Below the pieces are notes generated by a model. That model worked only from the letters and a program-made list of their open reading frames with translations, was not told the DNA's origin and searched no databases. Positions 1 to 9,956 of a stretch of 64,000 nt of DNA are shown here, in pieces. The translations under genes and the position numbers were made by a program. The stretch is from positions 1,984,001-2,048,000 of the forward strand of contig OY762721.1 of NCBI GenBank assembly GCA_963666345.1, given 5' to 3'. This DNA is from Desulfatiglandales bacterium. Lineage in GTDB: Bacteria > Desulfobacterota > DSM-4660 > Desulfatiglandales > Desulfatiglandaceae. Numbering within the stretch: position 1 is the stretch's first letter; each line of letters begins with the position of its first letter.

Positions 1-1588
1 CCACACCGGCATACATATTTTCCAGGTACCCTGCTGAAATACGGCCGAACATACCCTTTGAAAGACAAACCGACTGATCGAAAAGGAGTCTTTCAAAGGT
101 GTAATCTGTGTCCGAATATAGCCAGGAATCACTCCTTACCGCGTTTGGAATCAGCGGATTGCTGGAAGATATATTGGAATAAAAGGGGATGTCATACCTT
201 CCATGAAAGGCGCCCCCTTGCCATGGCTCCACCCTGGCATGAGGCTTGATGCCGGCTCTTCCCTTGAAAAACCCTGAAGGGTCGTTGATATAAGGTTTAA
301 AGTCAGGTTTTATTCCCCATGAAAAATCGAGTCTGTCATCCTCCTTTACCTCGGTGATCAAATTATCCTTTTTATTTTCATCGGCGGAAACAGACTCCAC
401 CTTTAGCGCCTTTTGAAAAATATATTCAGGAATCTCACCGAAAAGGTATTTTTCAAGGAGCTCAGGTTCAACAGAGACGCTCAGAAGATTTATCTTGCGG
501 CGTCTTACAACCACGCGCAGCATCTTCGTATCGCTTGGTGAATAAAACAGGAGTATTCGAAGCGCCCTTCCAACCGCCTTCTGATTTGAAAGATACCTGG
601 CATTCGTTATTTCGGCAGTTATCTCCCTGCCGCCCGTATAAACACAAACGCCTTTAAAGCCGGCCTCATTGAGCGCATCCGACATCCTGCCTAGCATTTT
701 TCCCATATCTCTTTTTTCAAACGGCCTTCTGTCCACAGGGTATTGGAGAGGAGGGTCGGGACGCTTGGGCACGATTGAGGCCCCAAGAAGCGACTGCACA
801 TGGCAGTAAAGCCCCAGGGTGTCACCCCTTTGATATGAGGCCCCCAGCTGAACACCGGGGATGAGCTTATACCTGAGACCTATGTTTACCGGCAGTTCCG
901 CTCCTTCAGGCACGCTTCTGGCAGACCTTGAATCATTTTCATATTCTATCGGATTATACTCTGCCATCACGTTTATGCGCTCGTTAAGTGCCCACTCTAC
1001 GCCGCCGAAGAGCCCCACATCGTCAAAAGTATCGAAAAAGGAAGACATTTCAGGGCCTCCTCCGAGCCGGCCCTTTCCAAAGCCGAGAGTGAAGTCAAAT
1101 GGGAAGATCTGCCTGCTCATGACCAGGTACTGGCCCTTGAAAAGGCCGGTGCCATGAAAATCGTGAAGGCCTAAGGAAATGGCGGGAGTGTATCTTGACT
1201 CGGGAAGTATCTGGTATTTTATGTCAAAGGCCTTGTCTTTATTGGAACCGTAATCAGAACCCAGGCCTGAAGCGATATTGGTCATCTGGGTCAAACGACC
1301 ACCTGCCTCAAGGCCGGGGAATATTCCCATATCGATTGTAAACCAGCGGTAGGGAAGGGCCTGGGCCGCTCCCGCCCTTACCACACCGTCTCCCAGTATT
1401 CTGGCGGTCGGAATCTCCATCAGGCCTGTGCCGCCCCAGTTCGCGCCGTTATCAAAGGGGGTGTCCCAGCAAAATGCAGGGGATGATAGGGTAAAACATA
1501 TGATCAGGGATTGAAAAAGCCGCAGAAAAACCTTGAGGCAAGTGGCTGACCGGGTATTTCCGCATGAACGTTTGAAAGGGAGGATCAT
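1..1588 (-). CDS. YjbH/GfcD-family outer-membrane protein (3' end runs off the window)
   Basis: Manual translation from ATG at 1588 gives NWGGTGLMEIPTAR...NKDKAFDIKYQILPES...LGLHDFHGTGLF...PFDFTLGFGKGRL, typical YjbH motifs. Absent from the ORF track, presumably because no stop falls inside the window. Confidence 0.8.
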   Translation of the reverse strand, partial: MILPFKRSCGNTRSATCLKVFLRLFQSLIICFTLSSPAFCWDTPFDNGANWGGTGLMEIPTARILGDGVVRAGAAQALPYRWFTIDMGIFPGLEAGGRLTQMTNIASGLGSDYGSNKDKAFDIKYQILPESRYTPAISLGLHDFHGTGLFKGQYLVMSRQIFPFDFTLGFGKGRLGGGPEMSSFFDTFDDVGLFGGVEWALNERINVMAEYNPIEYENDSRSARSVPEGAELPVNIGLRYKLIPGVQLGASYQRGDTLGLYCHVQSLLGASIVPKRPDPPLQYPVDRRPFEKRDMGKMLGRMSDALNEAGFKGVCVYTGGREITAEITNARYLSNQKAVGRALRILLFYSPSDTKMLRVVVRRRKINLLSVSVEPELLEKYLFGEIPEYIFQKALKVESVSADENKKDNLITEVKEDDRLDFSWGIKPDFKPYINDPSGFFKGRAGIKPHARVEPWQGGAFHGRYDIPFYSNISSSNPLIPNAVRSDSWLYSDTDYTFERLLFDQSVCLSKGMFGRISAGYLENMYAGV

Positions 1589-1971
1589 AAAGGCCTGTTT
1601 TTTTAGGGAATAATCGTTACTTCTTGAGCGCCCCTGTAAGGGACTGCCTGGACATCGGTTTAAACCATGAAGTTCCGCTCAATCTGCGGGGAATCGGGGC
1701 GGAGTTGCGCATTAACCCAACCCGCCTGAGCTCCGGCAAACTTCGGCGAATAATCGTGAGGATCAGCTGAGAGGCTCATGTACAAAAAAGGTGCATACCG
1801 GTTCATTTTCCATTATGTTGACACAAACCTGAAATTGCTGATAGTAATTCAGACCAGCATTTAGCAGAGATGTAGAAATAAATCAATGGGACATAATAAG
1901 GAAAAACTCTCGATTTAAATTATATCAGTATTCAAGAGGCCAGGTGTTATGAAGCCCAAGGAGGAAGTGCT

Positions 1972-2475
1972 GTGAAAAAACTAAATATCCTGATCCTTTT
2001 TTTGCTTGCCCTGGCAATCTGTTGTTCTTCTTACGGTTGCGCCACCGACAAGGTCGCCCTGGATCTTGTGGAATATACGAATCAGAGCCTCTTAGGCATA
2101 GCCGAGCTTGAAAAACGGGCACTTGAAAGTTATGCTTCGGTAACGGGCAAAAACTATACCACGAATGAGGCTATTACCTCGGCTCTCAAAACCGAGGTGA
2201 TACCCCAGTACAAGAGATTCGTCGGGATGCTCACGGAGGTAAGGCCTGAGACGGAAGCGGTAAGTAAAATCCACCAGGGATATGTCGGAAATTCGGAGAC
2301 TCTTTTAAGGGGTTTTAAGATGAAGCTGCTGGGACTTCAAAGGGAAGATCCCACACTCGTAATACAGGCAAACAGTCTTATCGATCAGGCCAGGGTCTTA
2401 AATGAGAAATGGGTCGAAGAACTCAATAATGCGTATGAGCGATATGGCGTCAAAAAGGAAAAAAAGGACAAATAG
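1972..2475 (+). CDS. Hypothetical exported/lipoprotein
   Basis: 167 aa, GTG start with AGGAGG RBS, hydrophobic signal followed by Cys (SYGC), helical body. Confidence 0.7.
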   Translation: MKKLNILILFLLALAICCSSYGCATDKVALDLVEYTNQSLLGIAELEKRALESYASVTGKNYTTNEAITSALKTEVIPQYKRFVGMLTEVRPETEAVSKIHQGYVGNSETLLRGFKMKLLGLQREDPTLVIQANSLIDQARVLNEKWVEELNNAYERYGVKKEKKDK

Positions 2476-3781
2476 CACTGAAAAGATCCTTGCCCTATCC
2501 TATACGGTCTTAACAGGAGGCATCTTTCTCCTTTTTTCCCCGCCCTTTCTTTTATACATAATGCTTTCCGGAAGATATAAGAGACATCTCAAAGAAAGGC
2601 TCGGGTTTTACCCTTTTCCGGAGCGGGGAAAAAGCACGGGCCGGCCCACCATATGGATACATGCGGCATCCCTGGGTGAGGTAAGGGTCGCATCCTCAAT
2701 TATCAAGGCCGTCGAATCGATCAGGCCGGGATGTCTGTTTCTTATAACAACCTTTACCGAACATGGCAGGGACCTGGCAAAATCCCTTGCAGGTAAAAAC
2801 GTTAGGGTCTCGTTCGCGCCCCTTGATTTTCTGCCCTTTGTCCGCCGCGCCCTTAAAAGGGTAAGCCCTGAACTGCTCCTTTTCGCGGAAACCGAGATCT
2901 GGCCTGCCTGGATCTTTGAAGCGAAAAAGATGGGTATAAAAACCGCGCTCATAAACGGCAGGATATCAAAGAGGTCTGCAAAGAGTTACCTCGCCCTCCG
3001 TCCGCTCTTCGGCCCGCTCCTAAAAGGAATAAATGCCTTCAGCATGATAAGCGAGCATGACGCGTCCAGGATAAAGGCGGTAGGCGCCCCCAGGGAGAAG
3101 ATCCGGGTCCTGGGAAACGCCAAATACGACCTTATGGGGACACTGACAAACGCCTCAAAAAAGGATGAGATCCGAAAGACACTCGGCCTTAAGGAAAATC
3201 AGATTATACTTATAGCCGGCAGCACCAGGACAGGAGAGGAGGAGCTTATCCTTGGAGCCTACAAGGAGATAACGGCACGCTTTCCTGATACCGTGCTGAT
3301 AATCGCCCCCAGGCATCTTGAAAGGGTCCCTCAGATTACCTCGCTAATAAAGAGCAAGGGTTATGCCTGCAGGTTCAGGAAAGAGGTTGAAGGCATCTTA
3401 TCAAACGGCAAAGAAAAGGTGGTCATAATCAACACCTTTGGCGAACTGTTTGACATATACAGTGTCGGCACCATAGTTTTCTGCGGGGCGAGTCTCGTTC
3501 CAAAGGGGGGGCAGAATCCGCTTGAACCGGCTGCCTGGTGTAAGATGCCCTTTTACGGCCCTTATATGGATGACTTTTCAGACGCAAAGGATATCCTTGA
3601 AACCGCAGGTGCCGGAATCGAGGTATCAGGCCCTGAAATGCTTGCTGAAAGGGCGATATGGTTTCTTTCCAACAGGGAAGAACTCGCTCTGCGGGGTAAA
3701 AAGGCAAGGCAGGCGGTACTCAAGAATCATGGAGCATCCGTGAGGCAGGCAAAATTCATACTTGAGTTGCTTGAAAAATAG
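2444..3781 (+). CDS. waaA: 3-deoxy-D-manno-octulosonic acid (Kdo) transferase
   Basis: WIHAASLGE, ETEIWP, GNAKYD, AGSTRTGEE, APRH and GGQNPLEPA motifs. Start uncertain (ORF opens at 2402). Confidence 0.92.
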   Translation: MASKRKKRTNSTEKILALSYTVLTGGIFLLFSPPFLLYIMLSGRYKRHLKERLGFYPFPERGKSTGRPTIWIHAASLGEVRVASSIIKAVESIRPGCLFLITTFTEHGRDLAKSLAGKNVRVSFAPLDFLPFVRRALKRVSPELLLFAETEIWPAWIFEAKKMGIKTALINGRISKRSAKSYLALRPLFGPLLKGINAFSMISEHDASRIKAVGAPREKIRVLGNAKYDLMGTLTNASKKDEIRKTLGLKENQIILIAGSTRTGEEELILGAYKEITARFPDTVLIIAPRHLERVPQITSLIKSKGYACRFRKEVEGILSNGKEKVVIINTFGELFDIYSVGTIVFCGASLVPKGGQNPLEPAAWCKMPFYGPYMDDFSDAKDILETAGAGIEVSGPEMLAERAIWFLSNREELALRGKKARQAVLKNHGASVRQAKFILELLEK

Positions 3782-4173
3782 GATTCAAGTAGATGAGCTG
3801 CAGTTGCCTATTTGCAGGAAACAGGCTACGGCACCGGCACTCTTTCCTCCGACCTTCTCTATGCTTTATGGAAAAGTGCCCGCATCCTTGGGCTTTTGTG
3901 AATGTTACCTAAGCTGATAGGGCAGCGAGGAAGAAAAGCCCTGTCTGCGGCCACTGCATATGCCTGTGGTATTTTTTTGTGAGATAAGGCCGGAAGGAAA
4001 GAGCCCCGGCACCTCCACTTGTGCCTTAACAGGCAAGGCTTCTTAATTGCGGAGTTTCCGTTTATCCCTTACAACTAAGGACCCTGCACGTTTAAACGGC
4101 TGGCACTGCTAAGCCTTCAAAAAATAAGTGCATGGCTTTAAATCTCAACTGCTGAAAATAAAACCGGCATTTA

Positions 4174-4268
4174 CCCTTTGCGAAGCAAACGAAGCTTTTG
4201 CTATGCCGGCATCGGCAGAGCAAAAATCTTTTTATCCGTTTTGATCAAGCGAAGCGGACGGTTAAAAA
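4174..4268 (+). repeat. Family A MITE/REP-like element, copy 1
   Basis: CCTTTGCGAAGCAAACGAAGCTTTTGCT.TGCCG..CGGCAGAGCAAAA...TCAAGCGAAGCGG.CGGTTAAAA. Homologous copies occur across the window. Confidence 0.85.
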
Positions 4269-4275
4269 AAGGATC

Positions 4276-4557
4276 TTAAGGGACTTTTTTCAGGTACACT
4301 ATGGTCGCCCCCCAAGCTGATGGCCCCGGATCAAGAGTATAGCTCTCCACCAGAGGGTGCCTGTCAAGGACCGAATGGACCGACCTCCTTAAGACCCCCT
4401 TACCCTTTCCATGAATCACCGAGACCTGGTATATCCCCTTTTCAAAGCAGGCCCTAAGGTACTCATCAACCAGTGAGGCGGCATCTTTCGGCAGAAAGGT
4501 GTGAAGGTCCAGGGTTCCGTCTATCGGAATTTCCACCGGGTCCTGGCCGTTTTCCAC
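4276..4557 (-). CDS. Small MutS-related (Smr) domain protein
   Basis: LDLHTF...VIHGKGKGVLR...WGAT Smr signature. Confidence 0.9.
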   Translation of the reverse strand: MENGQDPVEIPIDGTLDLHTFLPKDAASLVDEYLRACFEKGIYQVSVIHGKGKGVLRRSVHSVLDRHPLVESYTLDPGPSAWGATIVYLKKVP

Positions 4558-4904
4558 TATACCCGCTCCAGATTGAGCTGATCGCCGAAATGCTCCACGA
4601 TCTCCCTGTTTACCTCTTCATACTCCTTCTCGGTTTCAAACTCGGCAACCAGATCCCTTTCATCGAGCACCTTGAGCCTGCCATGCCTGCCTATTACCTC
4701 GATCACCTTTTTCACATCGGTCGTTACCCATCCCTTCATTCTCAAGACAAGCTCAGGGCCGTTGAACGCCCTTTCGATCGTCAGATCGACATCTCTTTTT
4801 TTCGCGTCCCAGCTCACAACCGCAGGCCTTACGACCACAGGTGTTACCGGATCATGCATTGCAGCGCATTGAAACCATACCTTGGTCCTGACCACCCCTG
4901 TCAC
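4557..4904 (-). CDS. Hypothetical protein
   Basis: 115 aa, AGGAGG RBS, tightly coupled between lemA and the Smr gene. Confidence 0.7.
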   Translation of the reverse strand: MTGVVRTKVWFQCAAMHDPVTPVVVRPAVVSWDAKKRDVDLTIERAFNGPELVLRMKGWVTTDVKKVIEVIGRHGRLKVLDERDLVAEFETEKEYEEVNREIVEHFGDQLNLERV

Positions 4905-4910
4905 CTCCTT

Positions 4911-5489
4911 TTAATCAAACTTAACCCTGGGTGCCTCCTGTCTTTCCTTGGGCACCTCGAAAAAGGCCGCCTTTTCAAAACCGAACATGCCCGCCATCAG
5001 ATTGGTCGGGAAGGAACGTATCTTTGTGTTAAAGATCCTTACAGACTCGTTGAAACGGCGCCTTTCAACGGCGATACGGTTTTCCGTCCCTGCCAGCTCA
5101 TCCTGCAGGCGGATGAAATTGGCGTTCGCTTTAAGATCCGGATACCTTTCGACCACTACCAGTAACCGGGAAAGGGCCCCGGTCAACTCATTATTTGACT
5201 TGATCTTCTCATCGATACTTGCAGCCCCCCCTACCCTGGAGCGTGCCTCGGTCACCCTGGTCAGGACCTCCTTTTCATGCGCGGCATAGCCCTTTACGGT
5301 CTCCACATAGTTGGGTATCAGGTCGTATCTGCGCTGAAGCTGGTTTTCCACCTGTGCCCACGCGGCCTTTACAGACTCATCCATGGTAACAAGGCTGTTA
5401 TAGGTCCCCTTGAAAAAGAAAAAGGGTACAAGCACAACCAGAATCAGTATCGCGATCAAAACAAACAGGGTTTTTTGAGTCCGTCCCAT
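4911..5489 (-). CDS. lemA: LemA family protein
   Basis: YNSLV...AWAQVENQLQRRYDLIPN...ERYPDLKAN...LAGTENRIAVERRRFN. Confidence 0.95.
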   Translation of the reverse strand: MGRTQKTLFVLIAILILVVLVPFFFFKGTYNSLVTMDESVKAAWAQVENQLQRRYDLIPNYVETVKGYAAHEKEVLTRVTEARSRVGGAASIDEKIKSNNELTGALSRLLVVVERYPDLKANANFIRLQDELAGTENRIAVERRRFNESVRIFNTKIRSFPTNLMAGMFGFEKAAFFEVPKERQEAPRVKFD

Positions 5490-5490
5490 T

Positions 5491-6240
5491 TCATCCTCCC
5501 ATTGTGTCCACGGCCCTTGAAAGAACCGCTATTTCCTTAAGATATCTTTTGTATAGGTCCCTGATCTCCTGATCCCTCATTTTTGCCGCTCCCTGTTTTA
5601 CCTCAAGGAGCATTTCAAAGACATTGGAATCAAGCTCAAAAGACTCACATGTCGCCTTTATTTTATCCCTTTTTCCACCCGCGACCTCTTTATCCATGAT
5701 ATAGAGGAGCGCCTCAAAGATGGCTGAAAAGGCACCGATCGACCTTCCTATCACCTCTTTCAGTATCCTGCCCTTACCGGAGCTCTCAAGAAACGCCTCC
5801 CTCAAAAGCAGGAGTTTACCCTTGATCTCCCGTTCGCATTGAAGTCGCACCAACTCCTTGTCAAAGCGGATATCCTTCAGCACATCCCTTCCAAAGACCG
5901 GGACATACTCCCTCTTGAAATTGAGATACTCTATGGGAAACACATCGAGTGAGGCTGAGATGTATTCTTCGGTCAGAAAAAGTGGGGTAGCGACCTTTCT
6001 CCTGCCCCATTTCTTTATGGCGGAAAAGGCCTTGTCCAGATTTTCGATCTCCTCCTTATCGAGTATTATCATGAAGTTTATATCAGAGCCGCCCGGCCTG
6101 TAATCACCTCCGGCAGCGCTCCCGTAAAGGATTACACCTCTCAGGGCGTCCCCGAAGATTTCCCTGTAATCATCCGTTATTTCCGAAAAAATATCCCTCG
6201 GATCACTCACTTTCTTAGACATGTCATGCCCCTGTTTCAT
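5491..6240 (-). CDS. Nucleotidyltransferase-domain protein
   Basis: LYGSAAGGDYRPGGSDIN pol-beta-like motif; DVFPIEY and RLQCERE segments. Confidence 0.75.
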   Translation of the reverse strand: MKQGHDMSKKVSDPRDIFSEITDDYREIFGDALRGVILYGSAAGGDYRPGGSDINFMIILDKEEIENLDKAFSAIKKWGRRKVATPLFLTEEYISASLDVFPIEYLNFKREYVPVFGRDVLKDIRFDKELVRLQCEREIKGKLLLLREAFLESSGKGRILKEVIGRSIGAFSAIFEALLYIMDKEVAGGKRDKIKATCESFELDSNVFEMLLEVKQGAAKMRDQEIRDLYKRYLKEIAVLSRAVDTMGG

Positions 6241-6493
6241 CTATGTTGTTAATCAAAAAAAGGTCACAGGATTCCCGGGGTCCGGGTATTTTTACCACCT
6301 CGGTACCCGAAGTCCTTTTATTTTAGCCCACTTGAATTATATAGCCGACATCCATCTTTTGTTTATCTCTTAGTACATTTCTACAAGCTGCTTTCAGCTC
6401 TCAGCAGCAATCAGCCAAGGAAATGATACCCTGCTTAAAACTGACTGCTGATTGCTCTCATCCATAAACCCTGGTTCATGGATGGGTACTGAC

Positions 6494-7258
6494 CTAAAAG
6501 CCGCCGCCCGCGCCCCCGCCGCCGCTCATGCCGCCTCCGAATCCTCCAAACCCGCCGCTGAATCCACCGAACCCGCCTCCGGAACCCGATCCATAACCTC
6601 TTCCTCCTCCCAGAAGAAAGGGCAGGAGGATGAACCAGAAGCCTCCCCTCCTGCGGGAAAGCCCCATTATGAAAATCAGGATAATGATTACAGGCAGGAT
6701 TCCGAGGGCCGATTTCTCCTTTTTGGCCCTTTTGACCGGTACTTTGCCGTCAAGGGTAATACCGGTGTTCTTGGCTATAACCTGCGCGAAAGCGGCAGTA
6801 CCCATCAGGAGCCCTTCTCCGAAATCATCTTTCTTGAAATAGGGGATCATGTAACGGTCCCTGATTTCTCCCACAAGCCCGTCGGGAAGGATCCCTTCCA
6901 CGCCGTAACCTGTTTCTATGCGCATCTTCCTTTCCTTTATGGTAACAAAAAGAAGCACTCCCTTGTCTTCGCCCTTTCTGCCTATTCCCCATGAACTGTA
7001 GAGCCTGCTGGCATAATCGTTGTACTCATCCCCGCCTATGTCCGGCATGGTTACAACTACTATCGGGATTTCAGTCTTGTTCAGGATCTCAGATGCGATC
7101 GACAGGATCTTTTTTTCACTCTGATCGGAGATCACACCGGCGAAATCGTTTACCAGCCCCTTCGGCTTGGGAATGGGAGCGTCCGCCCACGCATCGAACG
7201 AAAAAAGGAAAAGGATAACAATACCCAAAAGGGCCTTTTTATATCTCATGGATTTCAC
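6494..7258 (-). CDS. TPM-domain (YgcG-like) membrane protein
   Basis: VNDFAGVI, WGIG...DKGVLL, RIETGYGVEGILPD and Gly-rich GGGMSGGGGAGGGF tail. Confidence 0.92.
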   Translation of the reverse strand: MKSMRYKKALLGIVILFLFSFDAWADAPIPKPKGLVNDFAGVISDQSEKKILSIASEILNKTEIPIVVVTMPDIGGDEYNDYASRLYSSWGIGRKGEDKGVLLFVTIKERKMRIETGYGVEGILPDGLVGEIRDRYMIPYFKKDDFGEGLLMGTAAFAQVIAKNTGITLDGKVPVKRAKKEKSALGILPVIIILIFIMGLSRRRGGFWFILLPFLLGGGRGYGSGSGGGFGGFSGGFGGFGGGMSGGGGAGGGF

Positions 7259-7298
7259 ATCATACTCCGGTGTCTATTGATAATTTTCTTTAAGGTTT

Positions 7299-9401
7299 CT
7301 ATTTGCACGGCCTTATTTTGCAGCCGATCCCCTTTAGGTTCGGGGTCCCGAACTCCTTGCCCAGTCTTTTTGTCGTGGTCAGCATATTGAAATTGGACCT
7401 TTTCCATCCAAACTGCTCATCAGCCCCTGTCTCGGGAAACCACCACCCGTAGGAGGCGTTTACCACCCTGGGATGGATGCGCCTTGTGAGCCTGGCGGTC
7501 TGGGTCACGGTACCCTGTTTCGTCTCGATCACAACCTGATCTCCCTGAGAAATACCCAGACCGGAGGCTGTTTCAGGATGCATCTCCACCTCAGGTTTAT
7601 CACTGAGCCTTCTCAGTTTATCCACCCACCTGTAGGAAGAATGAAGATAATATGGGCTCTTTGAAGAGGTCAGGACAAGCGGATAGTCGGGGTCATCCTG
7701 TTCAGGAAGACCTGAATAAAGAGGCATGGGAGCAAGGCCGTATTTTTCGGCCTTGCTCAAAAAAAGCTCCACCTTGCCTGTGGGGGTCTTGAATCCCCTT
7801 GATTCATGCTTCCTGAAACGGGCCTCGCCTTTAAGAAAACCCTTTTCTACGAACTGCTCATAGTTCAGGCCTGAAGGCTCAAGCAGGACCTCTGCAAGGG
7901 ACTCATAGTCCTCAAACCAGTATTCTTTGGGCGTGAGCCTTTTACCCATCTCGTTGAGTATCTTTATGTCGGGCCAGCATTCACCCGGTGGTTCAACCAC
8001 CTTCGGCCTTGCAAGAATTACCCCGTGCCCGAGGCCCAGATGCCCCACATCATTGAATTCAAATTGTGTCGCAGCGGGAAGCACCAGATCGGCCAGGCAT
8101 GCGGTAGGGGTCATGAATATATCCGTTACGGCAAAAAAATCGAGCTTATTAAGAGAATCATAGGTCTGCCTGCTATCCGCGTAGGCCAGCATCGGGTTTG
8201 TGCACTGCATGTATGCGCCTTTTACCGGATAGGGCCACTGTTCAAGCACCGCCTTTCTGAAAAAGGCGGGAGGTACCGTCATCAGCCTCGGGATGGCATG
8301 ATGATAGGCGGAAAGCATCTCCTCCCTTTTTGATGGCAGCAGGTCCGCCCTTACGAACTTTCCCAAGCCTGTCAGGGCGGGCTCGTTAGCCTTTATGTTG
8401 CCGCCCGGCACATCCAGGTTCCCGCAGATTGCCATAAGGCATATCAAGGCCCTTGACGTATCAAAGGTATATATATTGTGCTCGATGGTATTGCCCCACT
8501 GGATGGAGGCAGGCCGGTTTTCCGCATAAAAGCGGGCACTCTCCCTTATAAGTTGCGGCTCGACCCAGGTTATATCCGATACGAACTCAGGGGTAAACTG
8601 AGCAACATGCGCCGCCAGTTCATCAAAACCGTTTGTCCATTTTTCCACAAAACCGGCATCAAACAGGCCCTCATTGATGATCACGTTCAGGAAGGCCAGG
8701 GCCAGGGCGTTGTCGGTTCCCGGTCTTAATTGGAGCCAGTACCTGGCCTTTTCCGCCAGATCCGTCTTCCTGGGATCCACCACCATAAGCTCGGTGCCCT
8801 CTTTTACCTGTTTCAAGAGGAGGCTGCATATCTCGCCTTCCTCATTTGTGCTTGTGACATTGCTTCCCCAGACCATGGTCAGGCGGCTTTTGTGATGGAA
8901 ATCAGCAACAGGGTAAAACCCGCATGTATGGAGCCCTGAAACCTCTCTAGGGGCGTGGCACACATCCTGGGTGGCCACGATATTGGGGGAGCCGAAGGTG
9001 TTTGCAAGCCGGATAAGGACAAAATGCTCAAGACCTTTCGGCATCCCTTGGCAGAAGGCCACAGCTCGGGCGCCATGCTTTTCCCTGATCTCTCCAAGAT
9101 TCCCGCATAAGATATCAAGTGCCTCCGGCCAGGAAATCCGCTCCCATTTGCCCTCCCCTCTTTTTCCTCTTCTCTTTAAGGGGTGTTTAAGCCTTTCAGG
9201 ATGTCCCAGTTTTTCAGCAGAGCAGAGTCCCTTTACGCATACGTAGCCCCTGTTCAGATAACCCTCGGGATCAGCCTTTATCTTGACGATTCTGTTATCC
9301 CTTACCCCCGCAAAGATAGAACATCCACCATGATCCATTCTGGCGCAATGGGTTCTTATCCACCGGATATCATCTTTCATATAGTCCTCAAATAATTTCA
9401 C
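7299..9401 (-). CDS. Molybdopterin-dependent oxidoreductase (acetylene-hydratase-like DMSO reductase family)
   Basis: N-terminal CARMDHGGC...CVKG, RLKHPLKR, WERISW.EALD, PGTDNALAL, ADLVLPAA, C-terminal HSSYR and MHPETA domain IV. Confidence 0.88.
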   Translation of the reverse strand: MKLFEDYMKDDIRWIRTHCARMDHGGCSIFAGVRDNRIVKIKADPEGYLNRGYVCVKGLCSAEKLGHPERLKHPLKRRGKRGEGKWERISWPEALDILCGNLGEIREKHGARAVAFCQGMPKGLEHFVLIRLANTFGSPNIVATQDVCHAPREVSGLHTCGFYPVADFHHKSRLTMVWGSNVTSTNEEGEICSLLLKQVKEGTELMVVDPRKTDLAEKARYWLQLRPGTDNALALAFLNVIINEGLFDAGFVEKWTNGFDELAAHVAQFTPEFVSDITWVEPQLIRESARFYAENRPASIQWGNTIEHNIYTFDTSRALICLMAICGNLDVPGGNIKANEPALTGLGKFVRADLLPSKREEMLSAYHHAIPRLMTVPPAFFRKAVLEQWPYPVKGAYMQCTNPMLAYADSRQTYDSLNKLDFFAVTDIFMTPTACLADLVLPAATQFEFNDVGHLGLGHGVILARPKVVEPPGECWPDIKILNEMGKRLTPKEYWFEDYESLAEVLLEPSGLNYEQFVEKGFLKGEARFRKHESRGFKTPTGKVELFLSKAEKYGLAPMPLYSGLPEQDDPDYPLVLTSSKSPYYLHSSYRWVDKLRRLSDKPEVEMHPETASGLGISQGDQVVIETKQGTVTQTARLTRRIHPRVVNASYGWWFPETGADEQFGWKRSNFNMLTTTKRLGKEFGTPNLKGIGCKIRPCK

Positions 9402-9956
9402 ACAGATTCAAAGTAGACAGCTCTCAGAAGAATCATTTCCAAAACAGATTATCATGACACAAAGCCGCTCCCGGCATCAAACCAATGGATATCAAAAAGA
9501 GTACCGGCTCACATGACCGGGCATCGGTTTACCCTGAAATGGGACAGGTTGTTATGCCGGGCTTCAGGATGCATGCCCTTCTTTTCTACCAATATGTAAT
9601 AATAATGTCCAATGGCATTGTAGTCCCCTGGGCTACCTCAAGACCCTGAGTTAGATCAAAGGGCTGCGTTGCCTGCGTTCGCTCAGCCTTTAGCATCGCT
9701 TATTGGCGACTTACATCTGACACCTTGCTGATAACCGGGGCATATTTCAAGCCCATTGATTTACATGCCTGTTCTCAAATTGGATGTTGGGTTTGGGTAA
9801 TCCCTGATTGGTACCGATGCCTGAATCAGACGGTGGATTTCGGTTGTTTTCCCTATACTACCGTGCCAAAATAATTGTAGAGTAACCAGGGGACAAAGGG
9901 AATGACAAGGCGCGGCAAAAAGGCCGCTTTTCCATAATAACATAGATCTCTAGACC

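Noticed and set aside
1720..1795. CTGAGCTCCGGCAAACTTCGGCGAATAATCGTGAGGATCAG segment that looks like a MITE end or small RNA; also a 48-codon minus-strand ORF
   Set aside because: Single copy in the window, no partner end and no recognisable RNA or protein motif.
3782..4170. Long spacer after waaA as a possible gene or ncRNA
   Set aside because: No credible ORF or recognisable structure.
9402..9956. 550-bp intergenic region with faint similarity to about 11600-11660
   Set aside because: Similarity is too weak to distinguish from chance by eye.
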